Shown: positions 29,184 through 39,448, counted from the stretch's first letter. The stretch is 64,000 nucleotides of DNA from an uncultured Melioribacteraceae bacterium (GCA_964611145.1 CAZSYM010000008.1:8132-72131); one strand, 5' to 3'. Numbers and translations: made by a program. The notes: generated from the letters alone by a model not told the origin.

Positions 29184-30884
29184 ATGGATATTAAAAACAA
29201 GAAAGTTTTGGTTTTAGGAGGCTGGGGATTAGTGGGCAATGCCGTTGTGCGTAAGCTAATACCCCAAAAGCCGAAACAGATTATTTTAACCTCACTTCGC
29301 AAGGAAGAAGCCGAAGAGGCAATAGAGAAATTAAGAGAGGAATTTCCGTATCTGCCCGATGATTATTTTGTTCCCTGGTGGGGAAATATTTTTGTGCGGA
29401 AGGAGTTTAAGGATATTGATAGATTTGAGCTTTTGAACGATGACGAAAAGAGAAAAGTATTGATGAGCGATATAATGGACGAGCTCAACGATGAGATACT
29501 CCATGCGTCGGCTATTTATCAGTTGTTGGACGAGCATAAACCCGAAATTGTAATCGATTGCATTAACTCCGCTACGGGAATTGCATATCAGGATATTTAT
29601 TCTTCTTATCATAATATGAAAAAACTTTTTGAGAAGAATCCCGCCCCGGAAGTTCTGATGAAAGAAACGGAAAAGCTTTTTTGTACGCTTTATATTCCTC
29701 AGTTGATTCGTCATATTCAAATAATGTATAACTCGATGAGCAAGACGGGGACTAAAATTTACGTAAAAATTGGCACAAGCGGTACGGGCGGAATGGGGCT
29801 TAATATTCCTTATACTCACAGCGAGGAAAAGCCATCCCGCGTGTTATTAAGTAAATCTTCCGTGGCTGGAGCGCATACGCTTCTGCTCTTTTTAATGGGA
29901 AGAACCCCGGGAGCCGCAATTACCAAAGAAATAAAACCGACGGCGGCGATTGCATGGAAACGAATAGAGTTCGGTGAGATTAGGAAACGCGGGAAACCGA
30001 TTGAGTTACTTCGAGTTTCCATGAAGGACGCTGTCAAACTGGGAGATAAATTAAAGCTTAAATTGGGAAATAAATTCGAGCCTACGGGAGAGACTTTGAA
30101 ATCCGTTTTTATCGATACGGGAGAAAACGGGACATTTTCCAGGGGTGAGTTCGAAGCAATTACTTCACAAGGACAAATGGAATATGTTACTCCGGAGGAA
30201 ATAGCCGCCGATGTCATCTATGAAATTCAAGGCGGTAATACGGGACATGATATTATCAATGCTTTGGATAATGCTACTATGCAACCTTCTTATCGAGCGG
30301 GATTTATGCAACATTCGGCGGTTGAAAAGCTGGAAGAATTGGAAAAGATACACAACGTCGAAAGTGTGGCTTTCGAGCTTCTGGGACCTCCGCGCCTTTC
30401 TAAATTGCTTTTTGAAATTCACCTTCTGAAACTTGGCTATGGAACAATGTATGCCATTTTGGATGCGGCGCCCGAAGAAATTTCTGGGAAACTTGTATCG
30501 CTTTTGGAGAAAGAGGAAAAACTCGTTAAGCAAATGGTTTCCATAGGCATTCCTATTCTAATGCCCGATGGTGTTTCCCTTATTCGAGGTAATGAAATTA
30601 AGATTCCTCCTTTCCGAGGCGAGGAAGAATTGCCCATAACCCCCGAAAATATTGATGCTTGGGCTAAAGACGGCTGGGTTGATTTGCGCGCTAAAAACTT
30701 TGTGAAGTGGCAAGATAGAATTCGTGCCATTATCAACGAGGCGGAAAGCATCCCTCCCAACGATACCAGTTCTATGTATGTGAGGAACAAAAAGTATTGG
30801 GACGATTTCAAGAAAATAAACATCGGGAAGGTGGTTAGCTGGATATTTATACACGAAGAGCACGGTTTGAGAATGAAGGATTGA
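29184..30884 (+). CDS. Hypothetical 566-aa protein with N-terminal NAD(P)-binding Rossmann motif; remainder unrecognised
   Basis: 'KKVLVLGGWGLVGNAVVRKL' glycine-rich dinucleotide-binding motif, followed by 'IILTSLRKEEAEEAIEKL'. The ORF has its own terminator-bounded unit. I recognise no family for residues ~150-566. Confidence 0.7.
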   Translation: MDIKNKKVLVLGGWGLVGNAVVRKLIPQKPKQIILTSLRKEEAEEAIEKLREEFPYLPDDYFVPWWGNIFVRKEFKDIDRFELLNDDEKRKVLMSDIMDELNDEILHASAIYQLLDEHKPEIVIDCINSATGIAYQDIYSSYHNMKKLFEKNPAPEVLMKETEKLFCTLYIPQLIRHIQIMYNSMSKTGTKIYVKIGTSGTGGMGLNIPYTHSEEKPSRVLLSKSSVAGAHTLLLFLMGRTPGAAITKEIKPTAAIAWKRIEFGEIRKRGKPIELLRVSMKDAVKLGDKLKLKLGNKFEPTGETLKSVFIDTGENGTFSRGEFEAITSQGQMEYVTPEEIAADVIYEIQGGNTGHDIINALDNATMQPSYRAGFMQHSAVEKLEELEKIHNVESVAFELLGPPRLSKLLFEIHLLKLGYGTMYAILDAAPEEISGKLVSLLEKEEKLVKQMVSIGIPILMPDGVSLIRGNEIKIPPFRGEEELPITPENIDAWAKDGWVDLRAKNFVKWQDRIRAIINEAESIPPNDTSSMYVRNKKYWDDFKKINIGKVVSWIFIHEEHGLRMKD

Positions 30885-30904
30885 ATGTCGTTTTCGGTGA
30901 AAAG

Positions 30905-30937
30905 AAAACCCGACGTGTAATTTGCACGCCGGGTTTT
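30905..30937. terminator. Bidirectional intrinsic terminator between convergent genes
   Basis: CCCGACGTG (30909-30917) / CACGCCGGG (30925-30933) with one A/C mismatch. A-run precedes and T-run follows. Confidence 0.75.
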
Positions 30938-30947
30938 ATTATAAGGA

Positions 30948-31649
30948 TTAAAAATTGGTTGTGAGTTTTTTCCCTTTATGGAAATTATAAATAATAGCGG
31001 CGGCTTCTTTCGGGTCGTCGGTAACGCTGAACAAATCCAAATCCTTTTCGGAAATATAACCGTTCTTTAAAGGCTTTTCCTTAATCCATTCGATTAGAGA
31101 ATCCCAATATTCATGCCCGAAAAAGATTACGGGAAATCGAGTTGTTTTTCCCGTTTGAATTAGGGTTATAACCTCGAAGCTTTCGTCAAATGTACCGAAT
31201 CCGCCTGGGAAAAGTATGTAGCCCTGTGCGTATTTGAAGAACATTACTTTGCGAACGAAGAAATAACGGAAATTCAAAAGCTTGTCTCTGTCGATGTAAG
31301 GATTGGGGTTCTGCTCATGCGGTAATTCGATATTTACTCCGGTAGAGCTTCCGTGTAATTCATAAGCGCCTTTGTTTGCGGCTTCCATGATGCCGGGACC
31401 TCCGCCGGTGATTATCCCAAAGCCGCGTTTTACTACGGCTTTTGCGGTCTCCGTCGCCAATTCGTAATATTTGTCTCCGGGCTTGCTGCGGGCGGAACCA
31501 AAAATGGCTACGCTCGGCTTGATTTTCGACATGGTTTCAAAACCTTCCGTAAATTCCGCCATGATGCGGAATATGCGCCATAAATCATCCTGGGAGGCAA
31601 TTAATTGGTCTTCTAATTTTTCCCCGTTGTTGCCGTTTCCGTTAAGCAT
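30948..31649 (-). CDS. LOG family protein (TIGR00730; cytokinin riboside 5'-monophosphate phosphoribohydrolase-like)
   Basis: 'VAIFGSARS', 'ITGGGPGIMEAANKGA', 'PGGFGTFDE' signature blocks. Confidence 0.9.
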   Translation of the reverse strand: MLNGNGNNGEKLEDQLIASQDDLWRIFRIMAEFTEGFETMSKIKPSVAIFGSARSKPGDKYYELATETAKAVVKRGFGIITGGGPGIMEAANKGAYELHGSSTGVNIELPHEQNPNPYIDRDKLLNFRYFFVRKVMFFKYAQGYILFPGGFGTFDESFEVITLIQTGKTTRFPVIFFGHEYWDSLIEWIKEKPLKNGYISEKDLDLFSVTDDPKEAAAIIYNFHKGKKLTTNF

Positions 31650-31755
31650 TTTTTCTCCTTGTTGAGAACATTAAAAAAACAAGGGCTTAATCTAAGAAAA
31701 ATTTTGGAGATTTTTAAGTTCTGGGAAATACCAAAGAGAGAAAAATTTGCGTTCG

Positions 31756-32805
31756 TTAATCCATTAGATTGGAAAGGAAGTTTAGGGCTCTGGAGTGAGA
31801 ACGACTGAAAATTATTTTGAAGATACTTGTCAACGGAACGGATAAAATCATTCCTACAACGCCCCAAATGTAACCCCAGATAAGCAAGGAAAGTAGGATA
31901 ACCAACGGATTTAATCCCAAACGCTCGCCCAATATCTTTGGTTCCAATATATTTCCTATTATTGTTTGGAACGCTACTATGATTAGCAAAATGAGCAAAG
32001 CTGTTCCTATGGATTCGAACTGAACGAGAGCCATCAAAGTTGGTAAAATCACGGAGATGAAGGGACCTATGCTCGGTATGAAGTAAAGTAAAAAGGCAAG
32101 TACAACCCATACCACGAGGAAATCCACTCCGAATATTGCCAATACAATGGCATAGAGCAATGCAACCAATAAGCTCAAGTAAAATTTCACCGATAAGTAA
32201 TGTTGTATTTGTGTAGTGATGTCGTCGAAGGTTTTTTCTACGGCGGATTCGGTTTGAAGTGCGGAATTCCCGCTCGCCGCGGAGGCTCTCGATTTTATCG
32301 TTTCCAAAATTTTTCTATGCCCGCTGTTGACAAAGAGAAAGAACAAAAGTACGAAAAATGTTCCGGAGACAAAGGAAACGGTGGAGCCGAACGCATTTCC
32401 GATTATTCCGCCGTAATTTAGATTTTTTAAATATTCGCTCAAATTGAAATTAACCAATAAAGGATCCGTTATTTGCAAAGATAACGCCCAAGAACGTATG
32501 AGATTATTGAGCTTTGCCTCGTAAAATGGTAGTTGCTCTCCGAACTTCGAAAAGGAGGCAACGATTATTCTTGAAAATCCCCAAATTATCCCGACTACGA
32601 TTAAAAGGTCGAGAATCGTTGTAAGCGATACCGGGATTTTTTTTCTTGTCAAAAAAGCGTTGAGCGGTTCAAAAACGAAAAAGAGAAAATATGCCAATAT
32701 TAACGGGATGAAAATGTATTGCAATTCCCGTAGAACAATCGCTATTGTAATTGTTCCTATTACTGCAATAAAAAATTTAACGGACGAATCTTCGGAAGCG
32801 TTCAT
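31756..32805 (-). CDS. AI-2E family transporter (PerM/YhhT-like permease)
   Basis: Polytopic ~350 aa. 'IPSIGPFISVILPTLMAL', 'LEPKILGERLGLNPLVILLSLLIWGYIWGVVGMILSVPL'. The ATG at 32805 ('MNASEDS...') is preferred over the track start at 32919. Confidence 0.85.
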   Translation of the reverse strand: MNASEDSSVKFFIAVIGTITIAIVLRELQYIFIPLILAYFLFFVFEPLNAFLTRKKIPVSLTTILDLLIVVGIIWGFSRIIVASFSKFGEQLPFYEAKLNNLIRSWALSLQITDPLLVNFNLSEYLKNLNYGGIIGNAFGSTVSFVSGTFFVLLFFLFVNSGHRKILETIKSRASAASGNSALQTESAVEKTFDDITTQIQHYLSVKFYLSLLVALLYAIVLAIFGVDFLVVWVVLAFLLYFIPSIGPFISVILPTLMALVQFESIGTALLILLIIVAFQTIIGNILEPKILGERLGLNPLVILLSLLIWGYIWGVVGMILSVPLTSIFKIIFSRSHSRALNFLSNLMD

Positions 32806-33000
32806 CGAATTTTCAAATTTGTTTTTCCAAAGATACTTTATTCTGCAAAATTGTAAAAGGCGGAAATGAGTGTGTATGGAAAATTTTATGCATCGAACGT
32901 TCTTATAACTTACTGACAAATCCCAAATCCTTCTTTTTGGATTGACACTGATGTTATTTTAAGATAAATTGGCGTCGTTTAATTTTAAGTAATATGGCAA

Positions 33001-34314
33001 GTGATGGAACGAATAATAGGGATTAGAAAAGAGACAAAAGATAATTTGGAACATAGGGCGCCCCTTTCTCCCCGACAGGTTCAAGAATTGATTAAAAACC
33101 ACAATATAAAAGTCTTGGTGGAACCCGCCTCTCAAAGAAAGTTCAAAGACGAAGAGTACGAGAAAGCCGGGGCGGAAATAACAACGGATTTGACGAAAGC
33201 GAATATTGTTTTCGGTGTGAAAGAAGTTCCCATTCCGAATTTGATTCCCGACAAGGCGTTTGTGTTCTTTTCCCATACGATTAAAGGACAAGAATACAAT
33301 ATGCCTCTTTTGAAAGAAATTTTGAATCAGAAGATAACTTTAATAGATTATGAAATGGTGCGCGGGCGCGACGGCAAACGCACGATTTTCTTCGGGCATT
33401 TTGCTGGTTATGCGGGAATGATTGATTCGCTTTGGCTTTTAGGTAAAAGGCTCGAATACGAAGGCTTCGAAACTCCTTTCGCGCGCATTAAGCAAGCTAT
33501 CGAATACGACTCGCTTAAAGATGCGGAAGAAGCGATTGCCGAAGTTGGCGAAATTATTAAACGCGAGGGATTACCGGAAGAGCTCACGCCGATGATTTTC
33601 GGGTTTACCGGTAGAGGACATGTTTCGAAAGGCGCCCAAAAGGTTTTTGAAAATTTGGCACCGGAAAAAATAGCTCCCGCTGATGTGGAAAAATTGTTCG
33701 AAAAGGGTGCTTCAAAAAATAAAGTCTATTACGCGGAGTTTTACACTCCCGATATTTATGAGAGAACGGACGGTAAGGAATACGAGCGCGAACATTTTTA
33801 TAATAACCCCAATCTTTACAAGTCCAAATTTGAAAGGTACTTGGACTATTTGACCGTCCTTGTAAATGGAATTTATTGGGAGCCGGGTTACGATAGACTT
33901 GTAACCAAAGAATATTTCAGGCGAAAATATTCTGCGGGTGAAAAGCCACGATTGAGAATTATAGGCGATATTACTTGTGATGTCGAAGGGTCAATCGAGT
34001 TAACGGTAAAAACCACTCGCTACGATAACCCCGCATATGTTTATGAACCGATTTCGGGGAAAGTAATTGACGGTTGGGAAGGTGACGGACCTGTAATTTT
34101 GGGCGTGGATAAACTTCCCACTGAATTGGCAAAGGAGGCGACGGAATCTTTTGGCGAAGCCCTTTTACCTCATATCCCTGCTTTGGCGGAGGCGGATTTC
34201 ACGCTCCCCTTCGAAAGCTTAAAATCCCAATTGCCCGAAGAGTTCCGAAACGCCGTTATAGCGCATGCGGGACATTTGACTAAAGATTATTTGTATTTGA
34301 AAAAGTTCCTTTGA
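33001..34314 (+). CDS. Lysine-ketoglutarate reductase-type saccharopine dehydrogenase (AlaDH/PNT fold), similar to the N-terminal half of eukaryotic AASS
   Basis: 'IGIRKETKDNLEHRAPLSP', 'FFSHTIKGQEYNMPLLKEILNQKITLIDYE', 'FTGRGHVSKGAQ', 'VNGIYWE' and 'GSIEL' parallel AASS LKR-domain blocks as I recall them. GTG 33001 or ATG 33004 start. Confidence 0.85.
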   Translation: MMERIIGIRKETKDNLEHRAPLSPRQVQELIKNHNIKVLVEPASQRKFKDEEYEKAGAEITTDLTKANIVFGVKEVPIPNLIPDKAFVFFSHTIKGQEYNMPLLKEILNQKITLIDYEMVRGRDGKRTIFFGHFAGYAGMIDSLWLLGKRLEYEGFETPFARIKQAIEYDSLKDAEEAIAEVGEIIKREGLPEELTPMIFGFTGRGHVSKGAQKVFENLAPEKIAPADVEKLFEKGASKNKVYYAEFYTPDIYERTDGKEYEREHFYNNPNLYKSKFERYLDYLTVLVNGIYWEPGYDRLVTKEYFRRKYSAGEKPRLRIIGDITCDVEGSIELTVKTTRYDNPAYVYEPISGKVIDGWEGDGPVILGVDKLPTELAKEATESFGEALLPHIPALAEADFTLPFESLKSQLPEEFRNAVIAHAGHLTKDYLYLKKFL

Positions 34315-34392
34315 AATTGCCTGAGAATTTAAATCGTTGGTATTCTTCCGGCATAAATTGCTCCTCTACAATTTTATCATGGAGATTTTACA

Positions 34393-35745
34393 ATGAAACA
34401 GGTTCTTGTCCTCGGAGCGGGAAAGAGTTCCCCCTATTTGATTAAATATTTGCTTGAACAGGCTGAGATTTACGACTGGTTCGTTACCGTTTGCGATAGA
34501 GATTATGAATTGGCGAATTCACGTGTGAATGGACACGAAAGGGGAGTTGCTGTCGAATTTGACGTCAGCGATACGGCAATGCGCCACTCTCTTATCCAAA
34601 AAGCCGATGTGGTGATAAATTTCCTCGCTCCGAAATTTCAATATTTGATTGCTATCGATTCTTTGAGCTACGGCAAACATTGCATATCTGCTTCGTACGA
34701 GGATATTCGTCTTCACGATTTGAACAAAGATGCGGTGAAAAAGAACATTTTAATTCTGAATGAAATGGGGCTTGACCCGGGTATCGACCACATGTCCGCC
34801 ATGAAGGTGATTTACGACATCAGGAAAGCTGGCGGGAATATAAAAAGTTTCATTTCGTACGGTTCGGGTTTACCCGCCCCGGAAGTTCGTTCCAATCCTT
34901 TGCGCTATTGTATTACGTGGAATCCGCGCAATGTGGTAATGGCGGGCGAATCCGGTGCGTTGTATATGGAAAACGGTAAAACAAAGATTCTTCCGCATCA
35001 CGATATTTTCCGCCGTACGTGGCGAGTTAGAGTAAACGGTTTTGAAGAAGAGTTCGAAGCCTATCCGAATAGGGACTCTTTGGTTTACAAAAAGATTTTT
35101 AAGCTGGAGAAAGTTAAAACCATGATTCGGGGAACGATGCGTTACCCCGGCTGGAGCGAGACATGGGACCAAATTGTAAAGTTGGGAATGCCGAACGAAG
35201 GGTTGATTGTCCCCGATTTGCGTAAGAAAACATACGCGGAATTTACGGAAATGTTTTTGCCTATGAATATTTCGGGAATGAAAATCGAGCAGAGAATGGC
35301 TAATTTCTTGGGAATAAATCCCACGGGTAAAATAATGGAGAATCTTCGTTGGCTCGGCCTTTTTTCCGAAGAGAAAATAGGAGGAAACGTAAAAACTCCT
35401 GCCGACGTGCTAATTAAATTGGTGAAAGAGAAAATGCCTTTACCGAAAGGCGCACGGGACATGGTGATCCTACAGCACGAGATAATTGCTTCTTTCCCTC
35501 ATGAAAAGAAAACTAAAAAATTCATTTCCACGCTTGTAGAATACGGCGAGGCGGAAGGCTTTACGGCGATAAGCAAAACTGTCGGTTTGCCCGCCGCTAT
35601 TGCGGCTAAACTGATACTTACGGACAATCTGCCCCTTGCCGGTGTGCAACTTCCTATTCACCCTGTAATATTTACTCGGGTCTTGAAAGAATTGCGCTTG
35701 AACGGAATTAAATTTAAAGAGTATGTCGAGGAAATTAAAAAATAA
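34393..35745 (+). CDS. Saccharopine dehydrogenase (NADP+, L-glutamate-forming; LYS9 / AASS C-terminal-half type)
   Basis: 'VLVLGAGKSS', 'GLDPGIDHMSAM', 'ISYGSGLPAPE..NPLRY', 'YPNRDS', 'GTMRYPGW', 'AISKTVGLPAAIAAKLIL'. Confidence 0.88.
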   Translation: MKQVLVLGAGKSSPYLIKYLLEQAEIYDWFVTVCDRDYELANSRVNGHERGVAVEFDVSDTAMRHSLIQKADVVINFLAPKFQYLIAIDSLSYGKHCISASYEDIRLHDLNKDAVKKNILILNEMGLDPGIDHMSAMKVIYDIRKAGGNIKSFISYGSGLPAPEVRSNPLRYCITWNPRNVVMAGESGALYMENGKTKILPHHDIFRRTWRVRVNGFEEEFEAYPNRDSLVYKKIFKLEKVKTMIRGTMRYPGWSETWDQIVKLGMPNEGLIVPDLRKKTYAEFTEMFLPMNISGMKIEQRMANFLGINPTGKIMENLRWLGLFSEEKIGGNVKTPADVLIKLVKEKMPLPKGARDMVILQHEIIASFPHEKKTKKFISTLVEYGEAEGFTAISKTVGLPAAIAAKLILTDNLPLAGVQLPIHPVIFTRVLKELRLNGIKFKEYVEEIKK

Positions 35746-35860
35746 TCGATAATTGCAAGCTTTTGTATTGTAGCAAATTGCGGAATTAATTATTTTAACA
35801 TTTGGCAATAAGAAAATATTGCGCACTGGTTTCGAAACAAAGTTCATTCATAATTTATAA

Positions 35861-36205
<345 letters not shown>

Positions 36206-36230
36206 TTATTGTTATAAAACAATTTTCAAA

Positions 36231-36260
36231 AGGACACTCCGCCGAGTGTCCTTTTGAGTT
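36231..36260 (+). terminator. Intrinsic terminator after the ferredoxin gene
   Basis: AGGACACTC (36231-36239) / GAGTGTCCT (36244-36252), 4-nt loop, then TTTTGAGTTTT. Confidence 0.8.
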
Positions 36261-36303
36261 TTAAAGATATAAACAATTTCTTACACGAAAATAAAAGACA
36301 ACA

Positions 36304-38406
36304 ATGAAAAGTTCATTTTTTATTAGCCTGGCTTTGGCTTTCGTGTTTTTTTATTCATTTGATTCGGGAAAAGACGTGTACGTTAATGAAATCGCCAAGC
36401 TATCCGATGTAAAGAGTTTACAAAAAGTGCTGGATAGGTATTATACCGATGAAAAACTTGGTTCTTTTGTTTCAAACGGAAAGACGTACTTCAGATTGTT
36501 TGCACCTTCCGCCGCGAGGGTCGAGCTTTGGACATTTAAAACGCCTTCCGATACGCCGGGAAATTATTACCCGATGATAAGAAAAAATAACGGCGTTTGG
36601 GAAACCAAACTTACGGGAGAACGCTTTGGCATGTTCTACGGTTTTAGGGTTTATTCAAAAGAGGACTTGTTAAATAAAAAATCCGTTCCCCTTTGTGTGG
36701 ATCCCTACGCAAAGGCGGTTGCGACTTATACGGATTACCTTAATCCTCGCAAGGCAATTGTTTACAAGGACAATTTCAATTGGGAAGATGATAAATGGAT
36801 TCAAAGGGATTGGCGGGATTTGATTATTTATGAAATGCACATTCGGGACATGACGGCACATCCCAGCTCCGGTGCCAAGCATCCCGGGTCATATCAAGGT
36901 ATGGTGGAGGAAAATATCAGGGGCGGATTGAATTATATCAAAAAACTTGGCGTCAATACCGTGGAAATTTTGCCCGCCATGGAATACGGCTATATGGAAA
37001 TTCCGTATCTGGATTCGCTTGACGGTTTTTATAATACATGGAATCCTTATGAGCGAAATCATTGGGGCTATATGACTTCCAACTTCTTTGCTCCCGCTTC
37101 TTATTATTCGTATGATTGGAAAAGCCTTAAGCGCCATGTGTGGATTGGCACCGATGCCCGCCAGATTAACGATTTCAAAAAAATGGTTAAGGCTTTCCAT
37201 AAAGCCGGTATAGGTGTTATGATGGACGTGGTGTTTAATCACCTTTCCGAATATGAGATGGGAAATTTGAAACAAATTGACAAAACGTATTATTTCCGCT
37301 TGAGGGCGGACGGCAACTTTGAATCTCAAAGCTATTGCGGTAACGATTTGCGAACCGAAGCGCCAATGATGAGACGTTTGATTGTGGAGAGCGTTCTTTA
37401 TTGGATGAGCGAATTTCATATTGACGGTTTCCGTTTTGATTTGGGAAAGCTAATTGACTGGAAAACCATAGAAACCGTAATTGCCGAAGCGAGAAAATTA
37501 AATCCGTATGTCGTTTTTGTTTGTGAGCCGTGGGGCGGAGGATATGACCCGACGGGCTTTTCCCAACGAGGATGGGGAGCGTGGAACGATCAAATACGAA
37601 ACGGTATTAAAGGGCAAAATCCTATTAACGGACAAGGTTGGATTTTCGGCAAGTGGTACGGCAATAATAATATCAAGCGGATCGAAAGTTATGTAAACGG
37701 TACTCTACTGAAAGATAAGGGGGGATTGTTTTATAAAAAAGAACATTCGGTAAATTATTTGGAATCGCACGATGACTACACTTTGGGGGATTTTATTCGA
37801 ATCGGGAGCGGGGAAGTGAAGCCGAACGCCGTGATAAAAAATGTGAAAAAGCACGGTACCCTTTCCGAACGACAATTGAAATTGAACAAGCTGGCGGCTC
37901 TTTTCCTTTTGACTTCGCAAGGTATAACTATGATTTCCGAAGGACAGGAATTCGCTCGTAGCAAAGTGATTCCGTGGAATATTTCCGTACCGGATAAACA
38001 TAGAGGGCAAATGGACCACAACAGCTATAATAAGGATAATTCAACGAATTATCTCGATTATGAATTTGCGGATTTGAACAGAGAGTTGGTTGAGTATTAC
38101 AAGGGTTTGATATTGCTCCGAAAGACTTTCCCCGCTTTTCGCAGAGCCGCATACGAGGATATTAAATTTTATGAAAATTCCGAATTCCCTTTCGCTCTTG
38201 CTTATACGGTTAAATATGGCGGGAAAGAGTTTTTTGTGGCTTTTAACGCCGAGCAAAAAAGAAAAGTATCTTTCGATTTGCCTGACGGAACGTGGGAAAT
38301 ACTTGTAAACAAAGACATTGCGGGCATCGAGCCTCTTGGCACGGTAAAGAATAGGCTTTATCTTCCGCCTGTTACGGGTGCGGTTTTAAAATTAGAAGGA
38401 GAATAA
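36304..38406 (+). CDS. Secreted GH13 pullulanase-type (type I) alpha-glucan debranching enzyme
   Basis: Signal peptide. CBM48-like N-terminus ('TYFRLFAPSA..VEL'). GH13 regions 'DVVFNHL', 'DGFRFDL', 'CEPWGGG', 'YLESHDD'. Confidence 0.85.
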   Translation: MKSSFFISLALAFVFFYSFDSGKDVYVNEIAKLSDVKSLQKVLDRYYTDEKLGSFVSNGKTYFRLFAPSAARVELWTFKTPSDTPGNYYPMIRKNNGVWETKLTGERFGMFYGFRVYSKEDLLNKKSVPLCVDPYAKAVATYTDYLNPRKAIVYKDNFNWEDDKWIQRDWRDLIIYEMHIRDMTAHPSSGAKHPGSYQGMVEENIRGGLNYIKKLGVNTVEILPAMEYGYMEIPYLDSLDGFYNTWNPYERNHWGYMTSNFFAPASYYSYDWKSLKRHVWIGTDARQINDFKKMVKAFHKAGIGVMMDVVFNHLSEYEMGNLKQIDKTYYFRLRADGNFESQSYCGNDLRTEAPMMRRLIVESVLYWMSEFHIDGFRFDLGKLIDWKTIETVIAEARKLNPYVVFVCEPWGGGYDPTGFSQRGWGAWNDQIRNGIKGQNPINGQGWIFGKWYGNNNIKRIESYVNGTLLKDKGGLFYKKEHSVNYLESHDDYTLGDFIRIGSGEVKPNAVIKNVKKHGTLSERQLKLNKLAALFLLTSQGITMISEGQEFARSKVIPWNISVPDKHRGQMDHNSYNKDNSTNYLDYEFADLNRELVEYYKGLILLRKTFPAFRRAAYEDIKFYENSEFPFALAYTVKYGGKEFFVAFNAEQKRKVSFDLPDGTWEILVNKDIAGIEPLGTVKNRLYLPPVTGAVLKLEGE

Positions 38407-38409
38407 AAA

Positions 38410-39015
38410 ATGAGAAGATTTTTATTCGGCATGTTCTACATGATAATTATTGTTTCCCTTTATGCGCAATCGGATACTAGCCTTGTTTGGCTTGGCTCCG
38501 TCGATTCTACTATTGCCACGGACGTTCGCTATGCTACAAGGAATAATTTCACACATCAGGTTTTATACTCTACGGATAAAGTATATTTGCGAAAAGTGGT
38601 TGCCGAACATCTTGCAAAGGCGAACGCTTACGTGAAGGAAAAGTACGGTTTGCGTTTAAAGGTATTCGACGGGTATCGTCCTCTTTCCGTGCAGAAAAAG
38701 ATGTGGGCTATTGTACCGGATAGTCGCTATGTGGCTAATCCCCAAAACGGCTCGCGCCATAATAGGGGTGCTGCGGTGGATGTTACGCTTATTGATTCTA
38801 CCGGTAAAGAATTGGATATGGGAACCGAATTTGACAATTTTACCGAGAAGGCTCATTATGATTATCCGAAACTTACACCTCGACAAAAGGCAAATCGCAA
38901 GTTGTTGAGAGATGTTATGAAAAAGTTCGGGTTTGAACCTTTGGAAACAGAATGGTGGCATTTCGATTATCACGGATGGCGCAGGTTTTCTATTCTGGAT
39001 AAACCGATTAAGTGA
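38410..39015 (+). CDS. ddpX: D-alanyl-D-alanine dipeptidase (M15D, VanX/DdpX family) with signal peptide
   Basis: 'FDGYRPLSVQ', 'SRHNRGAAVDVTL', 'EWWHFDY' zinc and catalytic blocks. N-terminal 'FGMFYMIIIVSLYAQ'. Confidence 0.88.
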   Translation: MRRFLFGMFYMIIIVSLYAQSDTSLVWLGSVDSTIATDVRYATRNNFTHQVLYSTDKVYLRKVVAEHLAKANAYVKEKYGLRLKVFDGYRPLSVQKKMWAIVPDSRYVANPQNGSRHNRGAAVDVTLIDSTGKELDMGTEFDNFTEKAHYDYPKLTPRQKANRKLLRDVMKKFGFEPLETEWWHFDYHGWRRFSILDKPIK

Positions 39016-39029
39016 TTTTTAAAATGGCA

Positions 39030-39064
39030 AAAAAAATCCCCTTGTGTTTGCAAGGGGATTTTGA
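39030..39064. terminator. Bidirectional intrinsic terminator (ddpX-like gene / csp)
   Basis: ATCCCCTTG (39036-39044) / CAAGGGGAT (39051-39059). A7 run upstream and TTTTG downstream. Confidence 0.8.
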
Positions 39065-39078
39065 TGTGGAGCTCAAAA

Positions 39079-39279
39079 TTATTCTACTGTAACGTGAACC
39101 GCCTGTAGTCCTTTTTCTCCTTCTTCAACATCGAATTTAACGGTGTCCTCTTCGTTCAAAGTTTTGTAGCCGTCACCTTCGATTGAGCTGTAATGGACGA
39201 AAATGTCTTCGCCGTTTTCTCTTGTGATAAAACCGTAGCCTTTGTCGGCATTAAACCACTTTACTTTTCCGGTTTCCAT
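39079..39279 (-). CDS. csp: Cold-shock protein (CspA family)
   Basis: '[15 protein letters not shown]' (RNP1) and 'DIFVHYS' (RNP2). 66 aa. Confidence 0.95.
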   Translation of the reverse strand: METGKVKWFNADKGYGFITRENGEDIFVHYSSIEGDGYKTLNEEDTVKFDVEEGEKGLQAVHVTVE

Positions 39280-39448
39280 TTGTAGTTCCTTATTTTGTTG
39301 CTGTTAAAAAACGTACTCGAAATCGCCCTTTACTTATTGAAGCCTGGTACCGAGGGATGTTTTTTGAAACAACCGGGGATACTGCTTTGCGAATGGCGTA
39401 AAACAAGTACAAAAATTACAAGAGTTAAGATAGACTTAATTTTGTCAA
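39280..39448 (-). promoter_or_regulatory. Putative long csp 5' leader with candidate -35 TTGACA
   Basis: The csp start is separated from dnaG by a 386-bp non-coding gap. A minus-strand TTGACA sits at 39443-39448, which would give a leader of roughly 130 nt. The -10 is weak, so this is tentative. Confidence 0.3.

Noticed and set aside
32806-33000. Possible lysine riboswitch upstream of the LKR gene
   Set aside because: The 195-bp AT-rich divergent region shows none of the conserved L-box helices or motifs that I can recognise.
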